Source: Dehalococcoidia bacterium (lineage in GTDB: Bacteria; Chloroflexota; Dehalococcoidia; Lucifugimonadales; JAGWBF01). Taken from it: 64,000 nt of DNA. The notes under the pieces were generated by a model. The model made no database searches and had not been told where the DNA came from. It saw only the letters and a program-made list of their open reading frames with translations. Below, piece after piece: positions 18,130-27,018 of the stretch. The stretch covers positions 613,567 to 677,566 of the forward strand of contig OY760073.1 in the NCBI GenBank assembly GCA_963663025.1, written 5' to 3'. Numbering within the stretch: position 1 is the stretch's first letter; each line of letters begins with the position of its first letter. A program made the position numbers and the translations under genes.

Positions 18130-18356
18130 TGGAGAACATCAGGCTCGAACTCACAAAGCGTATCTCCGTGACCGATACGTTGTATATGTTCCGGTTCGAC
18201 TTGCCCGATGGCGGTTATGATGGGGAGATCAACATCCTCCTTCGACATGAGGAGTACCCGGACAAGAACGAACTGGAGAATCGGGCTTGGGACGGAGTTC
18301 TGATCTGCGTCGCTAAACTGCCCGACTTGGTGCAGAAGATGAGACCCCCAACTTAG
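18129..18356 (+). CDS. hypothetical 75-aa protein, translationally coupled to the Cys-rich ORF
   Basis: Its ATG overlaps the upstream stop (cTGATGg at 18127-18131). The sequence has no signal peptide and I recognise no family for it. Confidence 0.45.
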   Translation: MENIRLELTKRISVTDTLYMFRFDLPDGGYDGEINILLRHEEYPDKNELENRAWDGVLICVAKLPDLVQKMRPPT

Positions 18357-18560
18357 TTTCTGAGGAGTGGAATCCCCTATAATCATAGCAGAGGTGGAGC
18401 CTGTCTGAAGCCGATCGGTCAGATGAGCTGGTGCACTCTGAGACGACCCGGTGTGCCTGTTATCAAGCTACCACATTTCCAGGGCGGAATCTAGCGGGAA
18501 TTTACAGGGTAGTTTGAATAACTATATAAGTCGTAAATTCGGAACTATAGGAGGTCCCCC

Positions 18561-19037
18561 TTGGATGCTGATATGAAGAAAAAGGTGCTCAGGCAGATAA
18601 CCTACGGCCTGTACGTGGTCAGCGCCGCCCACGAAGGCCAGATGTCCGCAGGAACGGTTAACTGGCTGTCCCAAGCTTCCTTCGGGCCCCCGCTGGTCAT
18701 GATGGGAGTGAAGAAGGACAGCGGCCTTCACGAAACGGTGAAGAACTCCAACAGCTTTGTGGTGAATATTCTCTCGGCGGACCAGAAGCAGTTGGCCGAG
18801 GACTTCTTCCGCCCGTCGACGGTGGAAGGGAACATGGTCAACGGACATGCCTTCACCACAGGGAGTACCGGCGGCGCTGTGCTGGATGAGGTGTACAGCT
18901 ACTTCGAATGCAAAGTAACCGGCAGCGTGGAGCAGGGCGACCATTCAGTGTTCGTTGGCGAGGTGGTCGAGGTCGGCAGCCGCCGGGACGACAAGCCTCT
19001 GGAGATGTGGGACACCGGCTGGTTCTACGGAGGCTAG
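18561..19037 (+). CDS. flavin reductase-like FMN-binding domain protein
   Basis: 158 aa. ITYGLYVVSA...GTVNWLSQASFGPPLVMMGV...HSVFVGEVVEV pattern of the flavin reductase family. GGAGG lies 8 nt upstream of TTG 18561. Confidence 0.8.
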   Translation: MDADMKKKVLRQITYGLYVVSAAHEGQMSAGTVNWLSQASFGPPLVMMGVKKDSGLHETVKNSNSFVVNILSADQKQLAEDFFRPSTVEGNMVNGHAFTTGSTGGAVLDEVYSYFECKVTGSVEQGDHSVFVGEVVEVGSRRDDKPLEMWDTGWFYGG

Positions 19038-19091
19038 CAGCTTCCCTGGGGGGCATCACTTCGACCACCGATCTCAAACGCTGGGTACGCT

Positions 19092-19355
19092 ATGGACGAT
19101 CAGCAATTTCTGGACCGCATCAAGGCCAAGCTTGAGCGTCTGACGGACACCGAGATTCACCTGGATCTGGACACCGAGGATGCAGAGAAGCTACAGGTGA
19201 GCTTGCAGTCCGGAACAGCCTTCGTGACCCTGGGGTCCAACGTGCTGGAATACTCGGGATTTGCAAGGATGGCGGTGGAGTACGTGGTGGCGTCCATTCG
19301 CAGCGGACGGGAGTTGGAAACCCTGGAGTTCCAGATGCTGCTATCGAGGAACTAG
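19092..19355 (+). CDS. hypothetical 87-aa protein
   Basis: The ORF has coding-like composition, but I recognise no motif in it. Confidence 0.4.
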   Translation: MDDQQFLDRIKAKLERLTDTEIHLDLDTEDAEKLQVSLQSGTAFVTLGSNVLEYSGFARMAVEYVVASIRSGRELETLEFQMLLSRN

Positions 19356-19362
19356 CTGCGAG

Positions 19363-19824
19363 CTAAGTTGACAACACGATAGAGGCGCTGGCCCGGGCTA
19401 TGACCTGGTCCCGCTGGTTCACCCCGGTTATCTCACACTCCACGACGTTCTTCTCGTCCACCACTTGCTTGCCGGTCACCTGTCCAGTGAAGGTGACCGT
19501 ATCCCCGTCGCGGAATGGCTCGGTGGCCCGCATCTTCAGCGTGCTGCCCTTAGCGGTGACGTCCTTGATGGAGAATGCCTTCTCTAGCAGCTCGGCAACA
19601 TAGGCTACCGTTGCGACACCCATGTTGACTGTCCCGCCGAAGATGCCTTGGGAGGCGTACTCTTTGTCTGTGTGGAGGTTGCTCCAGCCAGCCTTTGGCG
19701 CAGATGATGCGTACTTGGCGTAGTTGTCAATGGTTGCCTGGTTCTCGTGCTTCACCAGGATGGGGAGGTCATCCCTCACCTGAACAGAGTCGAAGCTGAC
19801 GCTCTTGGCCCACAGGGTTGCCAT
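19363..19824 (-). CDS. MaoC-like/hotdog-fold dehydratase
   Basis: Start taken at MATLWAK (ATG 19824). The text upstream of this in the 234-aa track ORF is R/H/P-rich and overlaps the next gene. Hotdog-like C-terminus DGDTVTFTGQVTGK...VECEITGVNQRDQVIARASASIV. Confidence 0.65.
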   Translation of the reverse strand: MATLWAKSVSFDSVQVRDDLPILVKHENQATIDNYAKYASSAPKAGWSNLHTDKEYASQGIFGGTVNMGVATVAYVAELLEKAFSIKDVTAKGSTLKMRATEPFRDGDTVTFTGQVTGKQVVDEKNVVECEITGVNQRDQVIARASASIVLST

Positions 19825-19829
19825 TTCGT

Positions 19830-20276
19830 TTACTCTTCCGCCGCTGAGACATCCACCAACCCATAGTACAGGTCGTTGTCCAGAACCTTCTTCAGGGAAG
19901 AGGCGCTTATGTTCCTGGGGTTGGTGGGTGTGTACCACTTGTCGGTAACGGAGAAATGGAGCTGGTCTAGACCGATGGGCTGGTTGCCGACCGTCAGCAA
20001 CTCCCGGAAGACGATCTCCTGCATGGGCATATTGGCACGGATGAATCCTGATTTGGTGGCGCAGCACTCGGCGATCTCTTTGGCTTGGGTTGCTTCAGGT
20101 ACGTCGGCCCACTTGTCGCCGATGCGCTCCCGGCAGTCGGGGCAGCGCCGTTCCAGCAAGATGGCTGCCAGCGACCTGCGCAGGTCCCGGCTTCGGTCGG
20201 GATCGATCACATAGGCTGCGGTGATATCCGAGGGTTCGTCAGGCACCTGGTCCCTTAACCCATCCAAACTTGTCAA
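19830..20276 (-). CDS. hypothetical Cys-containing protein (CPDC...CC)
   Basis: 148 aa. TTG start overlaps the moeA stop (TTGA). Ends 5 nt before the hotdog gene. I recognise no family for it. Confidence 0.5.
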   Translation of the reverse strand: MTSLDGLRDQVPDEPSDITAAYVIDPDRSRDLRRSLAAILLERRCPDCRERIGDKWADVPEATQAKEIAECCATKSGFIRANMPMQEIVFRELLTVGNQPIGLDQLHFSVTDKWYTPTNPRNISASSLKKVLDNDLYYGLVDVSAAEE

Positions 20277-21592
20277 ACTTGCACCTCTTCATTCCAGTCG
20301 ATCATCTTTACGGTCACGCTCTCGCCCTGCTTCTTCACCTCAACATCTTCCGGGCAAATAGCCAGCCCGTTGGCCCGAGACATGGAAGTTAGGATATTTG
20401 AACCCTGGGGGCCTGTCGGGTTGGCGAAGTAACCTTCGTCCCTGCGGGTCACGTGGACCCTGGCAAACACCCTTCGCCCGTCGAAGTTGCGAATATCGCC
20501 TTCCAGCGTCGCCTGGACGCTGGGCCTCGCTAGGTTGGCCCTGCCCAGCATTCGCAGTATGGCCGGGCGCGCAAATTCCTCGAATGCAACCATGGCGCTT
20601 ACGGGATTCCCCGGAAGCCCTAGGTGGGGGACCAGCTTCCCGTTGGGCCCCATGATCCTGCCGAAAGCCAGGGGCTTGGCGGGGCGCATGCGCACCGACC
20701 AGAAATTCATCTCGCCCCGCTCCATCAGGACATCCTTCACCATGTCGTAGTCGCCCTTGGAGACCCCAGCGGAAGTTATGAGCATATCCGCATCCAGACC
20801 CTCATCCAGGCGGGCGTTCATATCCTCAAGGGTGTCCCGGGCTATTCCCAGCAGCTTGGGGATCCCACCGCACTCCAGCACCGACGCAGCCACGGTGAAC
20901 CTGTTGCTGTCGTATATCTTGCCTGGCTCGATGGGCTGACCGGGGTCCAGGAGCTCATCGCCCGTGGAGATGATAGCGACCACGGGACGGCGAATAGCCT
21001 TTACCTTTTCGAGGCCCAGGGAGGCCAGAACGCCGATCTCCGACGACCGCAGTGCCGTGCCCGAAGCGAGCACCAATTCTCCCTCCCGGACATCCTCTCC
21101 CGACGGGCGGATGTTGGAGCCCATGGGAAGCTCTGCCCGGATGCTGATCCAGTCCAGGCCCTTGCCGGCATTCTTCCGTTCCACCTCGTCGGTCTCTTCG
21201 AAGGGAACTATCGTATCGGCGCCTTCGGGTACGGGAGCGCCGGTCATTATGCGTATGGCTGTCCCCGGCGCAACAGCGGTGTCGGGCACATGCCCGGCGG
21301 CGACGTGGGCAATCACCTGCAGGTCTTTCCCTATGTCAGGGCCTGCGCCAAGGATATCCTCATGTCGAAGGGCGTAGCCGTCCATGGCCGAATTGTCCAG
21401 AGGGGGCAGCGCCAATGGCGACGTCACATCTTCTGCCAGTACCTGTCCCTGGGCTTGGAGTAGGGGTGTGTCCTGGGCCTCCAGGGGGCCGAAGAAGGCC
21501 ATTATGCGTTCATAAGCGTCTTCGACGCTCAGCATATCTTCGTCCCGGTGGATGTGCTCTGGGATTGGCCTGGTGCTATCGGAAGTCGTCAT
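20273..21592 (-). CDS. moeA: molybdopterin molybdotransferase MoeA
   Basis: 439 aa. SPLALPPLDNSAMDGYA, MTGAPVP and ITSAGVSKGDYD motifs typical of MoeA. Confidence 0.85.
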   Translation of the reverse strand: MTTSDSTRPIPEHIHRDEDMLSVEDAYERIMAFFGPLEAQDTPLLQAQGQVLAEDVTSPLALPPLDNSAMDGYALRHEDILGAGPDIGKDLQVIAHVAAGHVPDTAVAPGTAIRIMTGAPVPEGADTIVPFEETDEVERKNAGKGLDWISIRAELPMGSNIRPSGEDVREGELVLASGTALRSSEIGVLASLGLEKVKAIRRPVVAIISTGDELLDPGQPIEPGKIYDSNRFTVAASVLECGGIPKLLGIARDTLEDMNARLDEGLDADMLITSAGVSKGDYDMVKDVLMERGEMNFWSVRMRPAKPLAFGRIMGPNGKLVPHLGLPGNPVSAMVAFEEFARPAILRMLGRANLARPSVQATLEGDIRNFDGRRVFARVHVTRRDEGYFANPTGPQGSNILTSMSRANGLAICPEDVEVKKQGESVTVKMIDWNEEVQV

Positions 21593-21691
21593 TCGCTGTT
21601 TTCTGGTTGCTCGGCTACGGCTGGCAAATTACTCTACCAGTTTTGCCTTCATTAGTACATTGCCTAGCATCCCTATGGTAAGAATGCAAAA

Positions 21692-24094
21692 CTAGGCCCG
21701 GAGCTCGGCCTTCACCTGATGTTCCAGGGACCGGATGATGCCCTTGAAGGCCTTTTGCACCTCGTCGGAGGTGAGGGTGCGGTCAGGTGCCTGGAAGTAT
21801 ATGTGGTATGCCAGCGAACGCCTGCCCGCCGGTATATTCTCGCCTTCATAGACGTCGAAAAGCTGGACTCTCTCCACCAAGCGCTGCCTTTCGATTGTCT
21901 CCTGCACCTCGGCCGAGGGTACGCATTGCTCCACGACTACAGACAGATCGCGCACCGCTGCGGGGAATCGGGAGATGGGCTTGTAGGCGTGCTTGATGGC
22001 CGGAGCCGCGTTTACGATGGCTTCCACATCCAGCTCGAAAAATGCCAGGGGATAGCCCTCTATCTCGAATGAGGCTGCTGTGGCGGGGTCCGCCTCCCCC
22101 AGGATGCCTACGGGTGTGGCGCCGATGCTGATTCCCGCGCAGGTACCCGGGGATAGCATCGAATCTTGAGACGTCTGGAAGGTGGCAGTGGTGCCCAGGC
22201 CATCGAAGAGCCTCTCCAGGACCCCCTTGGCATCCAGATACCCCATCGGTTCATTTTCACCGAGCCAGTGGGCTTCTCCCCTGGGACCGCAGAGGACCCC
22301 GGCGATCATCTCGCGTTCGGCGGGCAGGTCTCCGTCCCGGGGAAGGTAAACGTGGCCCGACTCGAAAATCGCCACGGCAGCGGCGCCTTGGGACAAGTTG
22401 TCCCCGGCCGTGCGCAGCAGCCCGCTGCGAAGGGTGGTCCGCAGATGCTCCTGCTGAGAGCTCAACGGGTTCGCTACCTTCAGGGGTTGCGTCTCCCCCT
22501 CCAGGGCGTGGGCTTTCGATAGCTCCTCCAGGTTGGTTAGCGAATAAGTGATGACCTCCTGCATCCCCAGCGCAACCAAGTGGTCCTTTATCCCTTCCCG
22601 GACCTGCTGCGTCGGCTGGGGCAGATATGCCGGGATGGGTGTGGACAGCATGGTGGTGGGAATCGCATCGTAGCCCACGATGCGGGCCACCTCCTCCACA
22701 AGGTCGTCCTCTATGGTGATGTCTCCCCTCCAGTATGGGGCCCTGGCCGATAGGGAGGTCTCTCCTTCTGCCTCGACCTCGAACCCCAGGGCGACCAGCA
22801 CATCCACAACCTGTTTCATGGGGAAGCTCACGCCCAGCACCTTTTCCAGGCGGCTCATCCGAAGCCTCAGAGGGCTGGGGGCTGAGTCCCTGGCTGGGAA
22901 TACATCCAGTATTCCCTTGGCGACCGTCCCCCCTGCAATCTGCTGTATGAGCTGGGTGGCCCGCTTAAGGCCCAGGGGCGCTAGTTCGGGCTTCAGTCCC
23001 TTCTCGAACCTGGCCGACGCCTCGGTGGGCATTCCAAGAGCTTGGCTGGTGCGCCGATTGTTGCCGGCATCGAAGGTGGCCGACTCCAGGAACACGTCGG
23101 TGGTAGCGTCGGTCATCTCGCTGTTGGCGCCCCCCATGACCCCGGCAAGCCCCACCGGTCCACAGGGATCGGCTATCACCAGCATGTCTGTAGTAAGCTT
23201 GCGCTCGGTCCCATCCAGGGAGACCAGCAACTCTCCTTGCTTTGCCCGGCGGACGATGATCCTGCCGTCGGCAACCTTGTCGAAGTCGAAGGCGTGAAGG
23301 GGCTGGTTGTATTCCAGCATGACGTAGTTCGTGATATCGACGACGTTGTTGATGGGGCGCATTCCCGCTTTGCTCAGGCGCTCCTGGAGCCATTGGGGGG
23401 AAGGCCCGATGGTGATTCCCCGAATCAGGGTAGCGGTGTACCTGGGGCATAGGTCCGGGTCGGCCACTTCCACCGATGCCTGGTCTTCCACGGGACCGCC
23501 ATCTTCCGGGTAGGTCAGACCAGGCTCCCTGACCCGACGCCCGGTTATAGCGGCCACCTCGTGGGCAACTCCAAGGACCGACATGCAATCGAAACGATTG
23601 GGAGTCAGCTCCAGCTCCAGGATTTCGTCCCCCATGTACTCGCTGAGGTTCATGCCCACGGGAGCATCCTCGGGGAGCACCAGGATACCTGTATGCTCGT
23701 TGCTCAGGCCCAGCTCCAGCTCCGAGCAGATCATCCCCTGGGAGGTGACGCCCCTGATGCGGGCGGCCTTGAGGGTCTCCGTTTTGCCGCTGTGGGGATT
23801 AAATAATCTTGCCCCGATGCCCGCGTAGGCAATCCGCTGCCCAGCGGCAACGTTGGGGGCGCCGCACACCACCTGGACATCGCCAGAGCCCGGGTTCACG
23901 GTGCACAGGGTCAGGCGGTCGGCGTCGGGCACAGGCTCCACCTTCTCCACGTGGCCGACGACGCAGTTGGTCCATCCTCCGACGACGGTTACTTCACCCA
24001 CCTCGATGCCCGCCATGGTCAGCCTGTGGGCCAACTCCTTGGAGGACAGGTCGATGTCGACATACTCTCTAAGCCATGACAAAGGTATTTTCAT
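21692..24094 (-). CDS. pheT: phenylalanine--tRNA ligase beta subunit
   Basis: 800 aa. MKIPLSWLREYVD N-terminus, B3/4 and B5 regions, and a C-terminal FDVYEG...SLAY anticodon-binding-like domain. Confidence 0.95.
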   Translation of the reverse strand: MKIPLSWLREYVDIDLSSKELAHRLTMAGIEVGEVTVVGGWTNCVVGHVEKVEPVPDADRLTLCTVNPGSGDVQVVCGAPNVAAGQRIAYAGIGARLFNPHSGKTETLKAARIRGVTSQGMICSELELGLSNEHTGILVLPEDAPVGMNLSEYMGDEILELELTPNRFDCMSVLGVAHEVAAITGRRVREPGLTYPEDGGPVEDQASVEVADPDLCPRYTATLIRGITIGPSPQWLQERLSKAGMRPINNVVDITNYVMLEYNQPLHAFDFDKVADGRIIVRRAKQGELLVSLDGTERKLTTDMLVIADPCGPVGLAGVMGGANSEMTDATTDVFLESATFDAGNNRRTSQALGMPTEASARFEKGLKPELAPLGLKRATQLIQQIAGGTVAKGILDVFPARDSAPSPLRLRMSRLEKVLGVSFPMKQVVDVLVALGFEVEAEGETSLSARAPYWRGDITIEDDLVEEVARIVGYDAIPTTMLSTPIPAYLPQPTQQVREGIKDHLVALGMQEVITYSLTNLEELSKAHALEGETQPLKVANPLSSQQEHLRTTLRSGLLRTAGDNLSQGAAAVAIFESGHVYLPRDGDLPAEREMIAGVLCGPRGEAHWLGENEPMGYLDAKGVLERLFDGLGTTATFQTSQDSMLSPGTCAGISIGATPVGILGEADPATAASFEIEGYPLAFFELDVEAIVNAAPAIKHAYKPISRFPAAVRDLSVVVEQCVPSAEVQETIERQRLVERVQLFDVYEGENIPAGRRSLAYHIYFQAPDRTLTSDEVQKAFKGIIRSLEHQVKAELRA

Positions 24095-24100
24095 GTTGTT

Positions 24101-24478
24101 TCAGGCACTCGCTGAACTTCTCACACTCATCAACATGGCCCGCATGGGCTGGAGAGTGCGGTTGAAGGGATTCAAGACAAGCCCTAGTATCTCCAGGGTC
24201 ACAACGCCAAGCAGCCCTTCGTCGCCGGGTTCTCCCAGTATCACGGGCGTGTGTCCCTGTCCATGTTCGAGGCTTAGATGGCACTCCGACACCTGACGCA
24301 TCACCTGTGTGCCGTCGGCCAAGGTGAAGCTCATCTCCCTCTGGGCCGTCAGCTCGATGGCTTGCCACACCTGTTCAGGGAGCAGAGAGTAGCTTAACCC
24401 GCTGTCTACCAGGAGGCGCACTGCTCGGCGGATTCCCGAAGGCCCACTTGCTTCAGCGTCAACGTAGGTGATACCCAT
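24101..24478 (-). CDS. retropepsin-like (clan AA) aspartic protease family protein
   Basis: 125 aa with LLVDSGLSYSLLP (D-S-G active-site triad context) and a size typical of single-lobe bacterial retropepsin-like proteins. Packed between pheS (9 nt away) and pheT (6 nt away). Confidence 0.6.
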   Translation of the reverse strand: MGITYVDAEASGPSGIRRAVRLLVDSGLSYSLLPEQVWQAIELTAQREMSFTLADGTQVMRQVSECHLSLEHGQGHTPVILGEPGDEGLLGVVTLEILGLVLNPFNRTLQPMRAMLMSVRSSASA

Positions 24479-24487
24479 ATCGACTTC

Positions 24488-25543
24488 CTAGAACTGCCTC
24501 AGGAAACGCAGGTCGTTTCCGTAGAAGAGGCGTATGTCGTCGATCCCGTACTTGAGCATGGCGATCCTCTCGGGCCCCATGCCGAAGGCAAATCCGGTGT
24601 AAACTTCCGGGTCGTAGCCTACGCCTTCCAGTACCTTCGGATGCACCATGCCGGCTCCCATTATCTCAAGCCAACCCGTGTCGGCGCACAGGCGGCATCC
24701 CTCACCCCGGCAGGCAAAGCAGTCCACCGACATGTCCACTCCCGGTTCCACGAAGGGGAAGTAGTCGCACCGGAACCTCACTTTGCGATCGGGCCCGAAG
24801 ATACGCCGAGCAAACTCGTACAGTGTGCCCTTCAGATTGGCGAGGGTTATGCCCTCATCTACCGCCAGCCCCTCCACCTGGTAGAAGTGCCATTCGTGGG
24901 TGGCGTCGGTCGCTTCGTAGCGGTAGCACTTGCCTGGGACGATGAGCCGAATGGGGGGCTTGGTCTGCTCCATGATGCGCGCCTGCATGGGGGATGTGTG
25001 GGTGCGCAGGAGCATGGACAGGCGTCCGGCGCCATCCTTCTGGTCGATCCACAGGCTGTTCCACATATCCCGAGCCGGATGGTCCCGGGGTATGTTCAAC
25101 ATCTCGAAGTTGTACTTATCCCACTCGACCTCTGGGCCTTCTACGATCTGGAAGCCCATGGCTGTGAAGGAGCTGCAGATCTCCCGAAGTATCTGGGTGG
25201 TGGGGTGGAGCCTTCCATGGGGAAGGGGCCGCCCTGGCAGGGTAACATCGATGGCCCGCTTGCCGGTGCGCCTCTTGGTCTCCAGATCCCGGATATCTTC
25301 GGACCTTCTGGCCTGCTGATCTTCGAGGCGAGTCTTGACTTGGTTTCCTGCGGCGCCGACGCTGCGACGAAGGTCGGGTGATAGCGTACCCACGCTGCGA
25401 AGGATGGTGGTCAGCTTGCCCCGGCGGCCGAGGTAGGCCACCCTCCAGGTCTCCAGGCTTTCGATGTCCTCTAAGGCGCCAAGCTCCCTGAGAGCTTCTT
25501 CTTCCAGAGACCGCAGGGTCTCCAGAACAGTCCCGCTTTCCAT
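24488..25543 (-). CDS. pheS: phenylalanine--tRNA ligase alpha subunit
   Basis: 351 aa. HPARDMWNS, FRCDYFPFVEPG and GMVHP...GFAFGMGPERIAML class II motifs. Confidence 0.95.
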   Translation of the reverse strand: MESGTVLETLRSLEEEALRELGALEDIESLETWRVAYLGRRGKLTTILRSVGTLSPDLRRSVGAAGNQVKTRLEDQQARRSEDIRDLETKRRTGKRAIDVTLPGRPLPHGRLHPTTQILREICSSFTAMGFQIVEGPEVEWDKYNFEMLNIPRDHPARDMWNSLWIDQKDGAGRLSMLLRTHTSPMQARIMEQTKPPIRLIVPGKCYRYEATDATHEWHFYQVEGLAVDEGITLANLKGTLYEFARRIFGPDRKVRFRCDYFPFVEPGVDMSVDCFACRGEGCRLCADTGWLEIMGAGMVHPKVLEGVGYDPEVYTGFAFGMGPERIAMLKYGIDDIRLFYGNDLRFLRQF

Positions 25544-25674
25544 GCTCCGCCCTCAGGTTAGATAATGGGTGCCGTCACGATCATCGTATGAACGAGGACG
25601 ACCGTAGGTCGTCAAGTAGTCCATTATAGGAAGGCCCCCTGCCATGGTCAAGGAAGGAGGTAGGACTCTGAGCG

Positions 25675-26190
25675 TCACGCATTTGTTGCCACATTCAAGT
25701 TGCCGTGCTGAGCTACGATGTATGCGGCCACAGGTGCCGTCCTGCCGATACCGGCGCTACAATGCACAAGCACCGGTTTGGACAATTGGTCGAAAGCTTC
25801 CAAGGCCTTCTTCATATCGTTTTCGGAAGGCCTTTGATAGTCGGTCATTGAGATATGAAGAAATCCAAACCCTTTCGAACGATAATAACCGAACAGCCCA
25901 TCAGGATGCAGGTTGAGACGTCCTCTGATGTAGTACTTTTCGTGCTGCTTTCCCTCGAGCAGACTCATAATCGAGCGTATTCCTGATGACTTTACTTGCT
26001 CGACCCAATTTACAACAAGGGGCTTTGCCTCAGGAGGCAATGGTTTACGCCCACCGAAATGCGGATGGTTTCTAAGTGGCCGTTGTGAACACGCTAACCT
26101 TCCGTCCAGTAGCCAAATGAGAATTTCCGAATCGTTCCCAGCTTTAACCTGGGTTCTTATCCTGTGGAGTTCTGCTTTGATCTCTTGCAT
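25675..26190 (-). CDS. dual-specificity / tyrosine protein phosphatase-like protein
   Basis: 171 aa with the C(X)5R signature VLVHCSAGIGRT. Noticeably lower GC than its flanks. The 5' end overlaps the upstream ORF by 47 nt, so the true start is uncertain. Confidence 0.7.
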   Translation of the reverse strand: MQEIKAELHRIRTQVKAGNDSEILIWLLDGRLACSQRPLRNHPHFGGRKPLPPEAKPLVVNWVEQVKSSGIRSIMSLLEGKQHEKYYIRGRLNLHPDGLFGYYRSKGFGFLHISMTDYQRPSENDMKKALEAFDQLSKPVLVHCSAGIGRTAPVAAYIVAQHGNLNVATNA

Positions 26191-26902
26191 CGACCCAAGA
26201 TCTGGAGGGTTCGGCTTGGGACAGATTAGCGATGGGGCTCGGAGGCATCTTAGATTTGATGCGCTGTTCTAGTGATCTGGTGATAGCCTCCCATCTCGAA
26301 CCGCTGATTCCATAGTGGCTCGGAATGCTGGAGTCCCTAATGATGGCTCTATCCTGTTTGGCAGCCGTTCTTGCTGCGTCCAACATTTTCTTCGCTACTT
26401 TGAACCTGCCGCAGCACGCATGCATATGTGAGAGCACAAACCATAATTCAGCCACGCCGTCTCCGCTATACACCGCTGAGCTCTGGAAGCTAGCCAGCTT
26501 AGCTAGTGCTTTGAAGCATGATTGGGCAGCTGCGACGAGCTTCCCGTCTCCGTACCTTGAATAAGATGCATGCTTTAAGCCCTTCATGTAATAGTAGAAT
26601 TTGGTTTCGGTCCACAAAGCGGTGTGTAAGAGATCCGTCTCTTCGTCTGCCTCAGTGTTGGATTTGTTCTGTTTTCTTAATTCGGAAAGAAAATCAACCA
26701 ACCTCCCGTCTGATGCCCACTGATACTTTTTATTGTCAATCGCTTCAATTTCATTATCGTAGAATTCGCGAAGACTGCTTTCTACTGCTGTCTGCTCATC
26801 CTCGTCCAGTTCAATAGAATCGCCTTCGGCGGGCAATGAGAATAAAGGCTCTTCTTCGGAACCAATGCGGAGCCAGCTCTTGAAGGATGCTATAGGGTTC
26901 AT
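26144..26902 (-). CDS. hypothetical 252-aa protein (acidic N-terminus, helical C-terminal part)
   Basis: Long ORF in the low-GC island directly upstream of the phosphatase gene. I recognise no motif in it. Confidence 0.5.
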   Translation of the reverse strand: MNPIASFKSWLRIGSEEEPLFSLPAEGDSIELDEDEQTAVESSLREFYDNEIEAIDNKKYQWASDGRLVDFLSELRKQNKSNTEADEETDLLHTALWTETKFYYYMKGLKHASYSRYGDGKLVAAAQSCFKALAKLASFQSSAVYSGDGVAELWFVLSHMHACCGRFKVAKKMLDAARTAAKQDRAIIRDSSIPSHYGISGSRWEAITRSLEQRIKSKMPPSPIANLSQAEPSRSWVDARDQSRTPQDKNPG

Positions 26903-27018
26903 TCCAAGTCCATGTGTAGTTGAACTAAACAGAATCTACCATTAGCGGTGAACATCACTCTCTGCAAGTCTCTGCTTCTCTGTTGCGGACCATATCTACA
27001 GTTATTGGCATATCGATC

